DNA from: Eledone cirrhosa
Taxonomy: Eukaryota
Reading direction: 5' to 3'
DNA: 64,000 nucleotides
Assembly: GCA_964016885.1 (NCBI GenBank)
Contig: OZ024743.1
Span: 365,180,001 to 365,244,000 of the forward strand
Shown here: positions 38,224 through 53,382 of the stretch, piece after piece
Numbering within the stretch: the stretch's first letter is position 1
Layout of the letters: every line of letters starts with the position of its first letter
The notes under the pieces: model-generated
Databases searched by the model: none
Told to the model about the DNA's origin: nothing
Seen by the model: only the letters and a program-made list of their open reading frames with translations
Program-made: the position numbers and the translations under genes

Positions 38224-38917
38224 CCTCTTCTACCTCCTCTTTACTTTATGTTTCTTAAGCGTGATACTAACGAGACTGTGTTTTTATATCTCCGTGTTTA
38301 TCTTGTAATTTCTTCAACTATATATATATAAGTGTGTGTGTGTGTGTGTGTGTGTATCTATAATGTTTAACTAAAGAAAAACACAAAGGATACTAAGTAA
38401 ATATCGCAAATATGTAATGTCTGACGTCATATTTTTTCACCCCTGCTCAATTCGGATATTTACTCATTAACTATTTTTAGTTCTATTATTAAAACAATTT
38501 GTGGGGGTTGATGATGGCAGAATGCCGGCTAAACTGTTTTGTAATAATATTCAGTTACATCTCTTTACATTCTGAGTTCAAGTCCTGTTAGGGTCAGTAT
38601 GGTCCCTTATCTTTCCATGGTGTGTGGAGTGGTGATAATATAAATACTGTTACCAACTAGGAACTAGGGTAGTAGGTTGGCAGAATCATTAGGGCATCAG
38701 TGAAGATGCTTTGTGGCATTTAGTTATGACTTTTTATGTTCTTTATCTTCTATGTTCAGAATTTAAATCCAGCCACGGCCGACTTTGTCTTTCATCCTTC
38801 CAGGATCGATAAAATAATGTATCAATCAATGTAGTCGATTTATCCCTTTCCCTAACAATTGTTAGCCTTGTGCATAAAAATGATTATTATACACAGTAGT
38901 TTGGTCTCTCAATGTTA

Positions 38918-39624
38918 AAATTTCACCGAGATCGAAATTGCTTTTCACAAACCCGGAGCTCGATAAATTAAGTACGAGTCAAGTACCGTTATCAGTTCAA
39001 TCGACTTTTTACATCCATAAAACGCATTATTTCGTTCAGAAATGAGCAAATCCTACCGAGGTTGATAAATAAAGTACTAGTCACATACTGAGTTCAATAT
39101 AAACGACTCTACTACTATACCATAGTTGAGGTCATGTGCTGGACCCCCATCGGTTTGAAAGGTGAATGCTGTTGCTGCTTGACCAACGGAACACCTATAC
39201 ATGCAATTAACATGTAATTGGTTGAGTATTCCACAGATGCGGTACCCCCAACGTAATTCTCAGAGAAATTCAGCGTGATACATTGTAAAACAAAGCTAGC
39301 TTTTCGAATTACTTCTATAACTATTCTTTTTTTTTCCTGGTGAGTGGATTAGAGCAACGCGAAATAAATGTTATTGTGCAAGGACGGAGGTCCATCATAT
39401 AGGCACATGACCTCAACTATGGTATAGTAGTAGAGTCGTTTACACCAACTCAGTATGTGACTGGTACTTTATTTATCAACCTCGGAAGGATTTACTCACT
39501 TCTGAACGAAATCATGCGTTTTATGGATGTAGAATAGTCAATTGAACTGATAACGGTACTTGACTCGTACTTAATTTATCGACCTCCGGGTTTGTGAAAA
39601 GTAATTTCGATCCCGGTGAAATTT
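38918..39624. repeat. Inverted duplication, ~220-bp arms with ~260-bp spacer
   Basis: 38918-39139 is a diverged reverse complement of 39403-39624; arms consist of old SINE debris. Confidence 0.88.
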
Positions 39625-40497
39625 GAACAGTGTACAAGGACACAAAATGCTGCCAAGTATCGAACTCACTACTTTACAATCTTGAGTCGAACAATCTATC
39701 TCCTAAGCGACGCCTTCACTGTGATATGTAAAAAGAAAAGAAAAATGTATTATTATATTTGGAGTAAATTGAACCCAACATACAACACCTCTATAAATGA
39801 ATTCATTAGTAATATAATTTGTCGGAAACTGTTTACAATTCATTCCATCAATTTTCATTCTTTTCATGCTATAAAAATATCGTCTGGCGGGAAAACTACC
39901 TTTTGGCAACAATCTATTATCTATTTATGTTTGTCACTCTACAATGTATGTTTGCGTATGTGTAAGTAGATATACGACTGAAACAATGTAAGTTTGTGCG
40001 CAAAGATACAGTTTGTGGCAAACATACGCACACAATGCTTTTGTGGTGGGGAGTTAATGAGGTTCTTAACTTTGGACGAAATGTCTGGGAGAAAATTGAA
40101 ACAAATCACAACCGGAAGTGAGAAAGAAGCTTCATGGAATGGAAATGGAAACATCAGACAATAATGAAAGAATATAGTTTAAGGAGAGAGAAATGAAGAC
40201 AGAAGAGGAATCTGTTTCAAGAGTAGGCGGACAGACAGATGGAGAAAACATATAAGCAAAGTACGTTAGGGTTTGTTGGCTGAAGAACCATCGTCAGAGA
40301 GAAGATGGGAGAAAGTGAAAGATAGAAAGAAGAGAGATGGGAGAATGAGAAAGAGATAAAGAGCAATATGAATATAGAAAAAAAAAGAGAGATGAGATGA
40401 GTGAGAAAAAGATAGAGAGAAATAGAAAGGCAAAATAAATAAAGAACAGGTTTGAGAGAGAGAATGAGAAAGGAAGAAAAATGAGAGAGAGAGAGGG

Positions 40498-40532
<35 letters not shown>

Positions 40533-40832
40533 CGGAGAATATTCAAAGAAGTTTACAAGATGAGAGATATGTAAGAAGAATGTTATAGGCTCAGACATGG
40601 CTCTGTGGTTAAGAAGAACTACATGCTCTTGTCCATTCCCCCCGCGCGGCACATGGGACAAGCGTCCTACTCGCGTCGTGAGTTAACCAATCCTTTTGAG
40701 TGAAATTTAGTTGACAGATACCACGAGTTGCAAATTGCAACTCGTGGCACAAGGAGCAATGTGAAAATAAAGTACTCGTTTCAGTAACACACCGCAACAC
40801 CCTGTCTAGGAATCGAACACATTAGCTTTATG

Positions 40833-40866
<34 letters not shown>

Positions 40867-41505
40867 GGGTACTTGGCTTAAAGTTGGTAGAAGAAATAAT
40901 TATTTCTAGTTTTGGCACAAGGCCAGCAATTATCCAAGTGTATTACTGATACTTTATTTTATCGACCTCGTAAGGATGAAAGGCAAAATTAACCTCGGTG
41001 GGATTTGAACTCAGACCATAAAGGGCCGTAACTCTTTGCTGCAAAGCATGGCGTCCAACCCTCTACCGATACTGCCAATCCACCGTAGAAGAAATAATTG
41101 TTTCTACTTTTGGCACAAGGCCAGCAATTAACCAGTGCATTACTGGTACTTTATTTTATCGACCCTGTGAGGATGAAAGGCAAAGTCAACCTCGGCGGGA
41201 TTTGAACTCAGATCGTTAAGGGACGTAACTATGCTGGAAAGCATGGTGTCCGACACTCTACCGATACTGCCAATCCGGGAGGGAGAACGACATACTTACA
41301 TACATATATATTACATATATGTTCATACATACACACACACACAAATGCATATACATATGTGTGAGTGCATATTTGTGCGTGCGTATATAGGTGTGTATGA
41401 ATGTATGTGTGTATGTGAGGAAAGAGAACGACACAATTTAGATATAAATGCATATACAAACATACGCACATAGATATATATGTATGTGTGTTTTTTGGGT
41501 GTATA

Positions 41506-41556
<51 letters not shown>

Positions 41557-42170
41557 AAGTTGTAGGACGAATTACATGCATAAGTACAATAAACATACAT
41601 TCAGCCTTGCTGTACAAATAGACACCATGGATAACTACAGGGCTCTCTCTGCAGGACAGGCTGTAGAACAGCTCCACGGGTGCCTCTTGTCTTTACAAAC
41701 TTGTAATGGATGTTTAGTTCAACTGAACACACCCTCTCTCTGTGTATATGCAACCCCGTTCTTCCCCCAACTCTTACTTTCACATACACACACACACGTA
41801 CACCTACACACACACACACACCACCTTCAGCCCTCCCCGCTCGGACACCCCGCCTCCCTCTCCCCACTCCACCCGCCACCACCCCTATACGCCCCACACT
41901 CTTCCCCCACTTGTTTTACTTCATGTTTATTTTTATTTTTATTATGCTTTTATATTTAATTTCATTTGTACCGTTTCCTCTCACCCCCTTTTTCTATATG
42001 TCTCTCCACCACTCCCCTACACACCCTTGGAACTCTCTTCCCACACACTTTTCGCCTGAAGACGGGCTTATGCTCGAAACGTCGTTCCCCACCACCACCC
42101 CACTCTCAAGAGCGTGAAACTAATAAACCTTTGTTCGTACTGCCTCTCTGTTTTGTTCCCGTTCAATTTT

Positions 42171-42220
<50 letters not shown>

Positions 42221-42721
42221 TATATAATTTGCGATGATCATGCTTCCAATAAAAACAGATGCACCAGTTGAGTTTAAAAATATTTCTTTCAACCCCCGAT
42301 TTTATTTCAAGAGCGAACGAGTGAGAAAAGTTATCTCTTTTATGGCTTTCCTCGTTAGTTTGTGTATCACGCTGATCTGCAAGATATACCGCATTGATTG
42401 CGTCGGCAATCCACGCCGACCATCTTCAATAAGAAATAAGGTTGTATGTCATCCTTTGGCAAGAGCTCCTTTAATTTAAGCCATGTACTTTGCTTTCTTT
42501 AGTTGGTAAGAGGCTGTCTTTGCACTCCTGGATAGAAGAACTATGTCATATATGAATGAGGTTAATGTTACCCTTTCCGGGAAGATGACTCCTTGCTTAA
42601 GGTCCAGTCGTATCTCTCAATAAGAGGCAGGGTGTCAAACCAAAACTAGAAAGTATGTTCTCCACTCAAGCAAATAAAATTGAACATATCAGCATTGCTT
42701 TGACAATGAGGTGCCTAATGT

Positions 42722-43008
42722 CCCTCGACGCCGGTTCTGGTACGCAGCTGTTGAAGAACTACCTAGCTGCAAGTGTGCCCCCCCCCTCACACCCACCGGA
42801 AACACCGACTCTTAGTTGCACCAGGCTGAGCTCCTCGCCCAGTTCAGGTGTGATGGACCTGCAGACCTCCTTGGTAGCCAGCCTCCGGAAGACATTGCCC
42901 ACAGTGATGGGGCATATGCCACCCTCTTTCTTCTTGAGAGCGGTCAGGTTGGCCAAGGTGCCATGGACGAACCTGTTGATGAGATTGGTAGGGCGTCGGC
43001 CATCGGCA
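42722..43008 (-). mobile_element. CRE-type LINE RT fragment
   Basis: LTALKKKEGGICPITVGNVFRRLATK...QLRVGVSGGCEG. Confidence 0.78.
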
Positions 43009-44984
43009 GTATAATTGTTTTTTACATAAGAATAAAGCTAGACGTTTGTGAATAGGTTTAGTCGATTATGTTCTTCCAGTATCTAACTGGTAAAAGAGTC
43101 GTGAGAGAGTCAGATAAATGCTTAGCACTATTTCTTCTGCTTTTTTCTTTGTTTTTACGTTGAGTTCAAATACCTTTCATCCTTCTGAGATCGATAAACT
43201 AAAATACATGTCAAGTAGTACTGTGGTCGATATAATCGACTTTTAATTCCACCAAAATTGATGACTTTGTACTAAAATTAGAAACCAAACTTATACTAAC
43301 ATTCAAATAAACAGACAAATAGGCACCGTTCACACATACATGCACAGAATGTAAGTTGTTGGCAAACCCTGAAATTAGATTAAACGAGACGGAAGAGCTG
43401 AGGTAAGAATAAGTAGTTAAGTAGACGATAGTGAAGTGATAGGATATAATACGCAATTTGACCGCGAGGGTGGGGGGAGGTACTAGTGACGTAAGAGAAC
43501 AGCAGAAACAAACCGGAAGTCGAATTTGCTTTATTCCTCTCATATCTAATAATAGATAGAAAGATGCACAGTGTATGTGAGTGTGTGTAGCATGGGAATC
43601 GCACAGTATAAAATATGTTTGGTCGAAACTGGAAGGAAACTAAACTGAGTGAAGAAAGAAATCTAAGGATTATTTGGAAATGGAGCCAGTGATAAGAAAT
43701 TGAAAGTAGGAGTAAGGTGTTTCATTACGACGATAAAGATAAAATTTAAGTTTTGACAGTAAGGCTAAGATTTCAGTTACGATAGTAAAGGTGAAATTCG
43801 GGTTATGGAGGTGAGAGAATGATTTGGGTTACAATGTTAAAGGTAACGTATAGGTTATGAAGGTCAAGATGCAATATGGGCAATAATAGTGAGAGTAAGA
43901 TTTGTGTTATGATAATGAAGGTAAGATTTAAGAGGTAAAGGTAAAACTTCGGTTATGATAGTACGGGTTAGATGTTAAATTAGTGACATAATTTGTTGAC
44001 ATGATGGAAACAGAAGCCATGATGATGTTGCTTTTGTTGTTGTTGATGGTGATGATGATCATGATGATAAGGAGGAGGAGGAGGAGTAGGATTGTATAGA
44101 ACATGGTATTATTGGTGATGGCTGCGGTGGTGGGACTAGGCATGCAAAATGATATAATAGGCAAGTATTTATATATGAGTTTTAACATTTATTGATACTG
44201 AGTGAGGAGGTCTGGGTTAGGCGCAAAACTTTCATTGGAAAACCATGGCACCTAATATTTAAGATTTTAGTCTCACTATTTACTCCTTACATGATTTCTC
44301 AGGTTTCATAAGCAGTGCTCTTTCAGAGAGAACTCCATATGGCACAAGTCCGGAGTTGGATTGTCAGAGTCGTATATTTTTTGGATCTTTAATATCTAAG
44401 TTAAATCCCATTGAGGTGATCATTGCGTTTCATCTTTCCAGGGTCAATAAAATAAAGGATCAGCCAAAGTAATGGACAGATTTAATCAACTTTTCTCTCC
44501 ACCGAAATTTCTGGCCTTGTGCCTAAATTAAAAACGATTATGAAAGTTTAAAAACAAAAGAGTTGGATTGGTAGAATCGTATTTGTTCCAGCTCTGGTTT
44601 CAAATCACACCGAGGTAATCTTTGACTTCCATCCTTCCAGAGTCAATTTAATCAAATAATCCCTTCTTGCAAATCCTTTGTTTTATGCTTATGTTAGAAA
44701 TTATTAAGAATTTATTCCGTTAGGCGAAAGTTTTGTAGAGAAAATAACATGTTATTGCCTCATCGTACGGTTCTTCTTCTTCTTCTTCTTCTTCTTCTTC
44801 TTCTTCTTCTTCTTCTTCTTCTTCTTCTTCTTCTTCTTCTTCTTCTTCTTCTTCTTCTTCTTCTTCTTCTTCGTCGTCGTACACAGCAAGTATTACATTC
44901 CTTCATAATAAAGATAAAATATTATACCACTGAAGATTCCGGGTGCTCGAAAGCAACAACTAAAATAAACATCGAAAAACAGCA

Positions 44985-45780
44985 GCCTGGCCTCAGACAG
45001 GCTCACGCGCCAGCTCGGCCAGCACCGCCTTGCCTATTTTCGTGCCGCCTCCAAACCCCGAAGTGGTGTCCACTCCATGCCTTGCCCTCCTTCTCCACTA
45101 GCACGCAGCTGGATAACGATAGCCTGTGCATCGGCGTTTCCCTGAGGCTTGGTCTCCGGATCTGCAAACCACACCAATGTCGCTGTGAATCCACCGTGGA
45201 CTCTTTCGGCCTCCACCCGCTTTCCTGTCGCCACAGTGCCGGCCACCTTCCACGCCATGCTGCCCTCAACGAGGTCATAAAACATTGCTTGGACGCTGCA
45301 GGTTTCTCTTCCCAGCTCGATCCGGTGGGGCTGGACCGAGGGGACGGCAAAAGGCCAGACGGCATGACCATCTTCCCGTTCCGCGGTGGCAAACCTCTGG
45401 GTTTGCCACTTGCAACGACACTTTCTCCAGCCGCAACCTGGTGCAGTCTGCGACTAACCCAGGTTCTGCTGCACGTCGGGTTGAGGAGGCCAAACTCTCC
45501 AATTACCGGTCGCTCTCTGACAGGTTCGCGGTTGTGCCCTTGGCAGTGGAGACTTCTGGAGTCCTTGGCTACCTCCCTACTCACCACCATAGGCGCTGAG
45601 CTGGCCAGCCGCAGGTGTGAACCTCGCGAGTTGGAATGGCTCTTACAGCGCATCTTCTTTACCATCCTCCGGGTAAATGCCTTCTCCATTCTGTCCGCGA
45701 GGCTGTGGGGAGGCCAGCACGTGGGACCCCATTTGCTCACCATACAGAGAGATGGGGAGGGCTAGAGAGATGGAGGCGAT
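44985..45780 (+). mobile_element. CRE-type non-LTR retrotransposon 3' part (Zn-knuckle + restriction-like endonuclease), frameshifted
   Basis: C.C....DSFGLHPLSC, RHAALNEVI, GDGKRPDGMTIFP, VPLAVETSGVLG. Confidence 0.88.
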
Positions 45781-46370
45781 GACAGTGGGGGGTTCGGCTG
45801 TTCTTTTATGTTTGCTTAGGTTACAATTGCATTGTGATAGAAGTTGTGATAACTCTGTTATTACCAATACTAGCAGCAACAACTCAATCAGGATTAATGT
45901 CAACATCATCATCACTAACAACGTCAACGTCAACACCAGAGGCAGAAGCTGCATCCACCATCATCATCTCCACCACTTACATGACAACGATAACCCCCAC
46001 CACCACTACCAAACAAACTAACACTAGCCTTCCCCAAACATCTCCCTCCACCGATTGATGTTTTAAATGCATATTTGGTTTCTCTGTTTACCGAAATCAA
46101 TCTTAAGAATATTGTATTCTCCTGCACAAATCTTTGTATAATAATGAGTTAGTGTAGAAATTCTCCAGGCAACAACGAATGCTAAAACTACTTAGAGAGT
46201 GTAAATGAACTGAATAAAAGTTTAATTATAAAACAAGAATAGATATGTTTTACTTCTTGAATTTCAGAAATTTGAGAAAATTATGGAGGCTTTGTTTGTT
46301 TCGATGATTTAAATAATTAAAATCTATCTATAAAATCACACATATACATACAGAGAGAGAGGGGGGCGGA

Positions 46371-46487
<117 letters not shown>

Positions 46488-46841
46488 AGACAGAGAGATA
46501 CAAAGAGGGATATAGAGAGAGAAGCACTCTCACATGTATGGACATACACGGAAATGTAATAAAATGAACGTCAATGAATGGGACGCAATTGGCCGCATGT
46601 ATGTATGTATGTATGTGTGTATGAATGTATGTATGTTCTAGTTTTATAATTTTACAAATTTTTGCCAATAGAGAGAGAGAGTCGGTTTCTAACATAGACA
46701 CAAGACTCTCTCATTGGAATTTACACATCAACTAGGTAGATATGTATGTATGCATGTGTAGATATGGATGTTATTGTATGTGTGGGTGTGTATGTTTTTA
46801 GTTGTATATGCTTAGTATCTGTACATGTGTATATGCTGTTA

Positions 46842-48925
46842 TTAGATGCAAAATCTTTGGAATGTTTTACATATTTTTACTGTTCCATTAATGGATTGTA
46901 TTTGTAATTTCCTAACTAGTTGTGTTCTTTCTGTTCCTGTGAAGCCCAGCTTCTCAAGATTTGTATTGAGGCAGTTACTAACATATCCCAGTGCCCCAAT
47001 AATCACAGGCATAAATCTGAAGGTATAATCAGGGTGGAGTATCTGCAGATTTCTCATTAGTTCTGCATATATATTCTCCTTTTCGCTAATCTTTGATATT
47101 ATATTGGCATCTGCTGGACAACTAACTTCCACTAGTGTGCATGAATTCTTTTCCCTGTCCTATATCATTATATCTGGTCTGTTATGCCTGCATTTTATTG
47201 GGAATTTTACTGGAACATTGCACCAGTACTCTTTCATATTATGTATATTTATGTCTTCCACATTACTGCAGCTTTTAATGTGTTTATTATCGGAGCTACC
47301 TTTTCTACGGATTGCATTGTACACTGTTTTGGCCACTACATCATGCCTCAGAGGTAGATAGTACCGCGATGACATGTTTTGACAGCTGCTTATGACATGG
47401 GTGACATCTTCGATGTTAATTCTGCAGAGTCTGTACTTGTTATCACATCTAGGTGTTTTTCCTGCATCCCTTTCTCTTTTGTGAATCAGGTATTTCGTGT
47501 TGATTTCCTGTTCTTGCGTTGCAATATAGCGGTTGTTGGTCCAAAATAGACTACTTTCTTTATCTATATTACTCTCACTCTGGAGCTTCCTGTCAACATA
47601 TCCATGCTTGATTTTTTGCTGATAAGCATGCAGTTTTTCATCCATGGATTCACTGCGACACTGCTGAGCGACTTCCCTGGGTGTGAGTTTTTGATTATCA
47701 CACAAGGAATACCTCTCGTGGAGTTCCTTCCCAACTCTCATGATCTTATTTGTTTCATGCAGATAGACTTGCTCGAGAGACGGGCTCCTACGCTTTGAGG
47801 TTCGTAGATGTTGTCGGAGGGATATGATGTGACATTCAAATGCTGTCTGGACTGATGTTAGGCCTCTGCCTCCCTGCCTACATTTCAAGTAAAAGCGGTC
47901 TATGTCACTGTTGATGTGAAAGTTTCCGGTGTTGTTTAGTATTTTTCGAGTTCTAACATCAATCGCTAGGATTTCGTCTATCGTCCAATTGAGTATTTCA
48001 AAGTTGGTGTTAGGACAGGCACAGCAAACATTGTGAGTCACTGTTTTGTTTTGCGCAGAGAGTTCCGATGACCATATCTTTCTTAATCGCGTATAGTATT
48101 CCCTGGTTACGCGTTCCTTATTACAGATACCATTATAGGATATGTTCTCATCTATCCCCAGGTATCTGTAGCAGTCCTCATCAGATATCGGTGAAACAGT
48201 TAGGCCATTGATGACAATGTTGCTAGATTGGGTTGTTGATTTTCCCCGCTTTACAGTCATATAGGAGCATTTATCTTGGCCAAACTCCATTCCTATATCC
48301 TTTGAGACTGTTGTAACCAGGTCAAGATTTTTCTTCATCCCATCCATGTTCTTGGCATAGCGTTTCAGATCATCCACAAAGAAATTATGGGTTAGGTTCG
48401 TATTTCTGTCCTCCTGTGAGCCAATGATGTATCCTTCTTGAGCAGAAAGGACAAGGGGTTTAATGACACGATGAATAATATCACAGAGAGACTGTCTCCC
48501 TGAAATATACCCCCTGCGATATTTTATTTTGTCAGTGAAAATAGAGTCCTCCTTCTCTGTCTTTAACTTTAGGATAGTAGCCCAAGAAGAAGACAGCTTC
48601 TCTATGGCTCTGATAATAATGTCTGGGACTTTAGCAAGTCGGAGGGCCTCTATCATCCAAGAGTGGGGAACAGAATCGAAAGCTTTCCTGTAGTCCAGCC
48701 AGACTGTAGCTATATTTTTCCTAAGTTGTCGCACATCCGACATCGCAGTTTTGTTGATTAGGAGTTGTTCAGAACATCCCCAAACCCCTTTCTTTCCAGC
48801 TGCTTGTTCATCTGTAATGATGTTATTATTTTCACAGTGATCTTGGAGGAATAGGTTCAGGCTGGCTGTATACATCTTATAGAACAGGTTCTGGCATGCA
48901 ATGGGTCGGTAGCTTTTTGCCAGGT
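46842..48925 (-). mobile_element. R4/Dong-type LINE (RT + CCHC + RLE), 5'-truncated and disabled
   Basis: WLDYRKAFDSVPH, FFVDDLK, YRYLG, GGRGL, RHDVVA, RPDIMI, EVSCP, PVIIGALG; in-frame TAG at 47160 and a locally frameshifted QGD region. Confidence 0.92.
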
Positions 48926-49972
48926 GGACAAGATGGATATAGGGAACTTTAACATCAATGGTGATGTGGATAGGCTATATTTCTCACGCAAGGGGGGTGA
49001 TTGGGGGCTAGAATCCATATTAACATCATACGAGACCCAGATAATAATACTGAAGTAACATATTCAATAGAAGAAAAACGTCAGCAGCCATCTTTCCCAG
49101 GTTTATAAGAATGAAAATAATAGTATTGTTAGAATAGCCACTGATCTAGAAGAGAGATATGAAATAAAACCTTATACAAATCTCTCTCCCAGGAAGTACT
49201 CACTGCTCAAACAAAATTTAAAAAATGGCTCACTTCACTGAAAAGATTGAACATGAATACTTTAGACGAAAATCACAGACCATAGAAGCGAAAAACTATA
49301 CTAAAAGTGTGACATGGAATTCCGATATCTTCATGACCTTGAATGATATTTCCATGAAATCCAGGAACACCATGTACCTACAGCACAAAAGAGAAAGATC
49401 TTCAGTTGACAACAAATGTAGGCTGTGCAAAATGAAGATTGAAGATGTTAGCCACATTATTGCCAACTATGAAAGAATGTCCTCTCATTACTATCTCCCC
49501 ATGAGGCATAATGTGATAGCTAGAACGACCCGGAATGCATTACGGATTACGAAAATAAAACCAAATAGGGAGGAATATGTTGAGACTGATGGCTCAAAGA
49601 AATAGAAATGGAACCTAAAAAATAAAACCTGCCACCAAATTAAAGTACAACTGGCTTGATATTGTTGTTTGAGACCACACATTAAAAACATGCTCTGTTG
49701 TAGAAGTCAGCTGTCCACTTGATGTCAATGTGGTGAGAGTAGGGCATCTACGAACTATTGATGAGGATTTGCAGATCCAGTATCCAAGATACATATTCAA
49801 CTTCATACCCGTCATTATTGGAGTTACAGGCAATATACCAACCCACATGGACCAAAGTATAACTAAACTTGGATTTCTGGAGAAAACTTCGCTCCTTATT
49901 CATAAGCTACAAATGACCGTGATATCTGGAGCATTCAAAATTTGTAAAACATTCTTACGAATCACAAGATGA
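48926..49972 (+). mobile_element. Second, more decayed R4/Dong-type LINE 3' part
   Basis: NKCRLCKMKIEDVSHII, YYLPMRHNVIA, VEVSCP, FIPVIIGVTG, KICKTF. Confidence 0.85.
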
Positions 49973-50624
49973 GTGCTTACACAAGTGACGACGACAATTT
50001 CCTTTCTTTACAAGATGGCCACCTTCCTGGTGGCCAGTCAAAAGAAACTCAAAATTAACAGTAAGTGAGAACACATATATATGCATGCAAATACATGTAG
50101 GGCTGCAAGAAAAAAGGTGTATTTATGTGAGTTTTGTGCTGTGTACTTAACCTTTTATCTGCGTTGAGTGAAAGGAACAAGCGCCATTGATTGAGGTTAT
50201 CGACTAAGTCTGTTTGATAACACAGTTAACTCTCCGGGTGATAATACTTGTAGCCAGATTGGTGCCATGAGAGAACCATTATGGTACCTGGGAAATGTAT
50301 ACTTATATATATATAGGGCGGTATAATATTTATGTATGTATGTATGTATGTATGTATGTATGTATGTATGTATGTATGTATGTATGTATATACTGCGGCT
50401 CAGTAGTTACCGATGATGTTGATCTTTTCTTATTTTCGGGTTATAGCTACTGTCGCTCAGAGAGTGGGATTGGCTCAGTGCACAGTCTTTTTTCACTTTA
50501 AAAAATATCTTCACACACGGGCATTGCACAATAGAATTAATTAATAATTATTAATAATGTTATATCGTGCAATGGCCATACTCGATAACGAGGGGGCAGC
50601 CATCATATATATATATATATATAT

Positions 50625-52279
50625 TAGTAATCTTCTCTGGCTGGCTTCTTAATATTCTCTTCCAGATATTTTGTCTTAATCTCATTCATTCTCAGCCCCA
50701 CACTCATCGACACAGTCTCCACCTGCATCAAATCCTCTGCCTCCTTCACTGTGTTTGTCACCAAAACTATGTCGTTGACAAATTCAGCATCCGATATCTT
50801 TTTTGCCTTCAACTCTCCTGCTCTGAACCGGTGTTACAGTAAAGCCAGAGTCTTGGTGTTTCTCCAGCGCAAGATGCATACAATAGTCCACTGCGATGAT
50901 AAAAAGGTAGGGAGCCAATGTATCGCCCTGGAGCACTCCAGCCAGTATCTCAAAGAACTCTGTCATCCCATCAGGTGTAATGACTTGGGCTTTGGTGTTG
51001 ATGTAGAGCAGTGATATCAGGTCCACTATCTTCTTGGGGATTCCATAAGCCTGTAAGATCTTCATTAGGCAGTGACAGTCCACAGAATCAAAGCCTTCCT
51101 AAAGTCAATGAAAACCATGACCACGGGAAGGCACTTTGCTCTAGCTCCCTCTAATATCCACCTCAGCATCAGGATGTGACTGGTGGTTGATCTTCCCTCT
51201 GAAGCCGTTCTGGTTGTCCCTGAGCTTCTTCTCCATCTCGGGCTGGATACTGTTAAGAATCATCATATTGAGGGTCTATGCCACAAGTGACGTCAGTGAG
51301 ATCCCTCTGTAGTTGTTGGTGTTAGAGAGATCTCCCTTCTTTGGCACTGGGGCGATGTTACTGATCCTCCACTGATTCGGGGCAACTTCTTTCTCCAGTG
51401 CCTGGTTACCGAACTCGAAGATGATATCATCAAAATCACACCTCTTCATCACCTCTGATCTCCATCTTCTCCGTGAGCCTTGCCCTCCTTGATCTTCTTC
51501 TTGGCTCCCTGAAGCTTCTCTCTGGTGAAGGGCCCTGTCCCAATATCCAGTTCCTCAAACAGCCGCCTTATCTCTCCAGTGTTCTGGGCTGTGGAGGGCG
51601 GCTCTCTCCTAGTAGGGTCCTAAAATGGTCCAGCCATTTCCCCTTCCTATCCTCGGGCCTTGTTCCATGGATCTGACTTACTAATGTAGGCGGTAAGCCA
51701 CTAGGATTGGTTGAGGACTTCCTGTATTTGGGAGCAAAGATTGGGAATACGGAAGATGATGTGGTCGAGATGAAGAGCAAAGCTTGGGCAGCGTGCTACA
51801 GCTTCAGATCGGTGTGGAAGTCGGACCTTCGTAAAGACCTGAATATCCGCCTCTTCGTTGCTGTAGTGGAGTCTGTGCTGCTGTACGGGTCTGAGACTTG
51901 GACACTGACCAAGAAACTCATTCAGATGGTGGATGGGTGCTACACGAGAATGCTGAGGATGGCTCTGAACATTAATCAGTATACACTGAGGATGAAAAAC
52001 TCAGAGCTGTATGGAAGCCTCCCAAAAGTCAGCTCAAAAGTGACACAGAGGAGACTGAAGTTAGCTAGACATGCTCACCGACATCCAGAGTTGACACTGC
52101 ACTCAGTGATCCTGTGGGAGCCCCTGCATGGACACACTGGAAGAGGAAGACCGAAGTTAACATATGTTGATGCCCTAAGGACAGACACTGGTCTGTTGGA
52201 GACGCATGCAGCAATAATGAGGGACAGAGGCCGTTAGAGAGAACTCGTCCATGGATCTCGTGAATTTTACCCGCCCTAG
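50625..52279. mobile_element. RTE-clade LINE with 5' inversion (RT core on minus 50625-51675, C-terminus on plus 51676-52279), in (TA)n
   Basis: GVLQGDTLAPYLF on minus; VEDFLYLG, YGSETW, RGRPK on plus; the two arms are collinear parts of one RT. Confidence 0.9.
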
Positions 52280-52664
52280 ATATATATGTATATTTATATA
52301 CTGGCCCTCTTGATCGCCTTCGAGTCAAAACATTTTTCTCTTTCTTTATAGCCTCTTGGACTGTGTTTGCCATTATTCCTATTATATATAACTATTATGC
52401 AATAAACACCTGATTATATCACCAGGATCTTACGGCACCTAGCCACTGAAATGTACATAGTGTTTGCTATAACAAATCTTTGAAGGAATTTCACCAGTCC
52501 GGCCTCCTGACATTTTACTCAATAATATATATGTATATATGTATATCAGAGTTTTTCGAATATTAATAATAATATTCGATTCGTTTTCAATTATGCAAAT
52601 AGCCTCATTTAAGCCATATGGGTTGAATGACCCCATCACTCTTGGTCTTGTGTTGGCATTCATG

Positions 52665-52697
<33 letters not shown>

Positions 52698-52775
52698 CAC
52701 ACATACATAAACACGCACATACATATATATCTATGCACACAAAGACAAACAGATTCGTATACACACACACACACA

Positions 52776-52860
<85 letters not shown>

Positions 52861-53317
52861 GTGTGTGTGTGTGTACATATATATATTTCCTTTTTATACC
52901 ACCTTCAAAAACATGCCATCACAACCTACACAGTTATTCTGTCTTAATCTTCCATACCATACATCTACACACAAACAATCTGTAGCTCACATTCTCTGCT
53001 GTATTCCTCTGTTAACCTCGTGATTCTAATAATTCAAGGATTTGCATGTTGTTTGAAATCCCACATTGACGAACAAATAATTATTTTACTCAACAGGTGC
53101 ATTCGTTATCTTTGCTCTGTCTCTGTTCGCTTTTTGCCAAAATCTTAACTGAGTAGGAATGGATGAAATGAAACTTTGCCAAGGACTAGCCACTTACACA
53201 TAACGAAACTTCAACCAAGTCTTCACGGCAAAGCATATTGAATCTCATACATTACAATATTACATTTCATACATTCTCGTTAATCCAATTCACACTTTCA
53301 TCGCTTTATTATGCAAA

Positions 53318-53382
<65 letters not shown>

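Noticed and set aside
44749-45765. 338-aa ORF as a host gene with a signal-like poly-Leu
   Set aside because: Chance fusion of a (CTT)n tract with a frameshifted CRE-type retrotransposon fragment
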